Shown here piece by piece: positions 59,946-64,000 of a stretch of 64,000 nt of DNA. Made by a program: the position numbers and the translations under genes. The DNA comes from Squalus acanthias (taxonomy: Eukaryota). The number at the start of each line of letters is the position of its first letter. Position 1 is the first letter of the stretch. The notes beneath the pieces were generated by a model. It saw only the letters and a list, made by a program, of their open reading frames with translations, was not told where the DNA came from and made no database searches. Location: assembly GCA_030390025.1 (NCBI GenBank), contig CM059438.1, positions 53,694,001 to 53,758,000 on the forward strand. The letters run 5' to 3'.

Positions 59946-60804
59946 GCTATAGATTTTTGACGTGAACATTGAACAGCAAGCATTAGCCGGCTATTCCACA
60001 ATGGAGCATATCACAGGCGGGCCTGAGACTGATCGCCTGATTCTCAGTTTGGATACTGAGATAAACAGACACACCCTTACCTTGAGTGAGCATGTGCCTG
60101 GTCTTTGCTCCCCTGACCCCTGGGTTATATTTGGCCAATTATATCAGTCTGACTGCTGTCCCAGCACAGGCTGGACATGAAGCCCAGACCCTGGTCTGTT
60201 TGTCCGAGTATCACCTGGGGGGAGTTGAGCTGGCCGTGGGGAGAGTGGTCAGCTGGTTGTTTGATGTATACTGACTCCCTGCTGTTCTGTGTTTATGAGG
60301 GGCTTTCTGTCAGAATCATTGAATGTAAAGGAGCTGGTTATCGGGCTCATTGTGCACTGGCTCCAGTGACAGATGTCCAATACAGATAGGGTGTCTTGGA
60401 GTCTGTGAGAGGGATGTTAGAGCTGGAACACGGCAGCACAAACAAGATCAAAGAGAGATGAAAAAATCCCATCAGAGTGCGGCTGATATTACAGTGCTCA
60501 GGTGAGATTCCATTTCACGGGCTGGCCTGAGTCACTGTGGTGGGGACAAGAGAGCGGGGCATGTGGGGACATCTGAGCCGCGTTTGCAGGTGTAATTACA
60601 AGACTGTTCACCATGATATCCCCGATACACAAACACAAGCCCCGAGGGAATAAAGGCGAGGACACAATGGAAAATGAAACTGAGAGCAACTGGTAGCCAT
60701 GGCTGGGCCCAGGTGCCATTCATCTGAATGACATCAAGCTCTGTAATTCCCTGAGGAGCCGGACTCCTCCAGCACTCGCCATCTCCCAGGGTGAAGCTTC
60801 CCAA

Positions 60805-60973
60805 CAAATAAAAAACCAGAACCTGCTGGAAACACACAGCAGGCCAGGCAGCGACTGTGGCGAGAGAGAGAGACACAGTCAACGTCTCAGGTCGATGACC
60901 TTGCATCAGAACTCGGTCTAACTGTCACCTCCGGGCCACATCTGCTGCTGGCTTGACTTGTGCCTTCAGACAG
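60805..60973. mobile_element. Degenerate palindromic non-autonomous element, probably derived from a Penelope-like pseudo-LTR, with a fossil hammerhead motif on the minus strand
   Basis: Imperfect inverted arms at 60823-60861 and 60935-60973. Minus strand 60913-60877 reads AGTT CTGATGC A AGGTC ATC GACCT GAGAC GTT GACT. The sequence resembles a dispersed shark repeat as I recall it (aaaacagaaaatgctggaaatactcagcaggtcaggcagcatctgtggagagagaaacagagttaacgtttcaggtc); this is recall, not a database hit. Confidence 0.6.
60952..60969 (+). promoter_or_regulatory. Putative 3' splice acceptor for the SH2D4 first coding exon (exon about 60970-61312, 165-nt 5'UTR part)
   Basis: cttgacttgtgccttcAG (AG at 60968-60969), with a branch-like CTAAC at 60918-60922. 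No ATG lies between 60970 and 61134, and there is an in-frame TGA at 60976. An alternative acceptor tttcaacAG near 61096 cannot be excluded. Confidence 0.5.
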
Positions 60974-60978
60974 ACTGA

Positions 60979-62748
<1,770 letters not shown>

Positions 62749-62769
62749 CAAGGTGTTTTTGCCATTGGA

Positions 62770-63537
62770 GTATTGCAAAATATTTACGGCACAGAAACAG
62801 GCCATTCGGCCCAACTGGTCTATGCCGGTGTTTATGCTCCACATGAGCCTCCTCCCACCTCTCTTCATCTCACCCCATCAGCATTACCTTCTATTTCTTT
62901 CTCCCTCGTGTCTTTATCGAGCTTTCCCTAAAATGCATCTAAGCTATTTGCTTCAACTACTCCCTGCGGTAGCGAGTTCCACATTCTAACCACTCTCTGG
63001 GTAAAGAAGTTTCTCCTGAATTTGATTTATTGGTGACTATCTTATATTTATGTCTCTAGTTCTGGTCCCGCCTGCAAGTGGAAACATCTTCTCTACGCCT
63101 ACCCTATCGAACCCTTTCATAATCTTGAAAACATTTATCAGGTCACCCTTCAGTCTTCTCTTTTCTAGAGAAAAGAGCCCCAGCCTGTTCAATCTTTCCT
63201 GATAGGTATAACATCTCAGTTCTGGTATCATTCTTGTAAATCGTTTTTGCACCTTCTCCAGGGCCTCTAGATCCTTTCTATAATATGGAGACCAAACTCT
63301 TCACAGTACTCCAAGTGTGGTCTAACCAAGATTCTAGATCCGTTTAACATAACTTCTCTGCTTTTCAATGCTATCCCTCTAGAAATGCTTTGTTTGCTTT
63401 TTTAATGGCCTTATTAACCTGTGTCATTAATTTTAGTGATCTGTGTATCTGTACCCCTAGATCGCTCTCTTCCTCTATCTCATTTAGACACTTATTTTCC
63501 AAGAGTATGTGGCCTCCTTAATCTTCCTACCAAAATG
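62770..63537 (-). mobile_element. 5'-truncated, decayed CR1-clade LINE (ORF2 C-terminus plus 3'UTR)
   Basis: Minus-strand translation HFGRK...DLGVQIHRSLK...LVRPHLEYC...LEKVQKRFTRMIPEL...YQERLNRLGLFSLEKRRLKGDLINVFKIMKGFDRV with frameshifts and deletions. The 3'UTR ends ttgggccgaatggcctgtttctgtgccgtaaata. Confidence 0.93.
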
Positions 63538-63575
63538 TATTTACAGCTCAGAAACAGGCCATTTGGCCCAAAAGG
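63538..63575 (-). mobile_element. Very short CR1 3'-terminal fragment
   Basis: 63538-63571 matches 62781-62814 (the CR1 3' end) at 31/34 positions. Confidence 0.75.
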
Positions 63576-63587
63576 TGCATGTCCGTG

Positions 63588-64000
63588 GGAAATGTAGTCA
63601 ACAGTGAGGAGGATAGTGACAGACTTCAGGAGGACTTAGACAGACTGGTGAAATGGGCAGACACATGGCAGATGGAATTTAATGCAGAGAAGTGTGAAGT
63701 GCTGCATTTTGGTAGGAAGAATGAGGAGAGGCAATAAAAACTAAATGGTACCATTTTAAAGGGGGTGCAGGAGCAGAGAGACCTGGGGGTGTGTGTACAC
63801 AAAACTTTGAAGGTGGCAGGACAAGTTAAGAAGACTGTTAAAAAAGCAGATGGGATCCTTGGCTTTATTAATAAAGGCATTGAATTCAAAAGCAAGGATG
63901 TTATGTTAAATATTTATAAAACACTGGTTAGGTCTCAGCTGGGGTATTGTGTTCAATCCTGGGCACCACACTTTAGGAAGGATGTCAAGGCCTTGGAGAG
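63588..64000 (+). mobile_element. CR1-clade LINE ORF2 fragment (C-terminal part of the RT region), 5'-truncated, runs off the window
   Basis: Frame from 63588: GNVVNSEEDSDRLQEDLDRLVKWADTWQMEFNAEKCEVLHFGRKNEERQ*KLNGTILKGVQEQRDLGVCVHKTLKVAGQV...LVRSQLGYCVQSWAPHFRKDVKALE. One in-frame TAA at 63735-63737. Confidence 0.95.

Noticed and set aside
58612..60001. Long Cys/Leu/Pro/Ser-rich ORFs (up to 436 aa) resembling keratin-associated or metallothionein-like proteins
   Set aside because: All three plus frames are open because the minisatellite unit lacks stop codons, and the 30/31-bp alternation shuffles frames.

Overview
Eukaryotic vertebrate DNA, most likely from a cartilaginous fish (shark); this is inferred from a SacSINE1/DeuSINE-like SINE, CR1 LINE fragments and a 67-bp tandem repeat I recall from shark genomes. 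About 91% of the window (1-58120, open at the left edge) is one complex satellite built from (GATT)n tracts punctuated by CCTCAYT or CCTCTCCTCAYT linkers (18- and 23-bp monomers). It is organised into nested higher-order duplications with offsets of about 1.15, 1.6, 1.9, 2.6, 4.8, 4.9, 6.0 and 14.1 kb. All the minus-strand 'RINQS' ORFs are translations of this repeat. The last 5.9 kb holds a 30/31-bp pyrimidine-rich minisatellite, a degenerate palindromic element carrying a fossil Penelope-type hammerhead ribozyme fold, and the first coding exon of an SH2D4-family gene (SH2D4A/B-like; ATG 61135, donor after 61312). The intron that follows contains a 67-bp tandem array interrupted by a full-length Deu-domain SINE, then oppositely oriented CR1 fragments. 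There are no prokaryotic features, CRISPR arrays, rRNA or true tRNA genes. I cannot support a new multi-gene system. The most interesting items are the hammerhead-like palindrome whose arm appears to supply the exon's splice acceptor, and the giant structured satellite ending about 3 kb from the gene.
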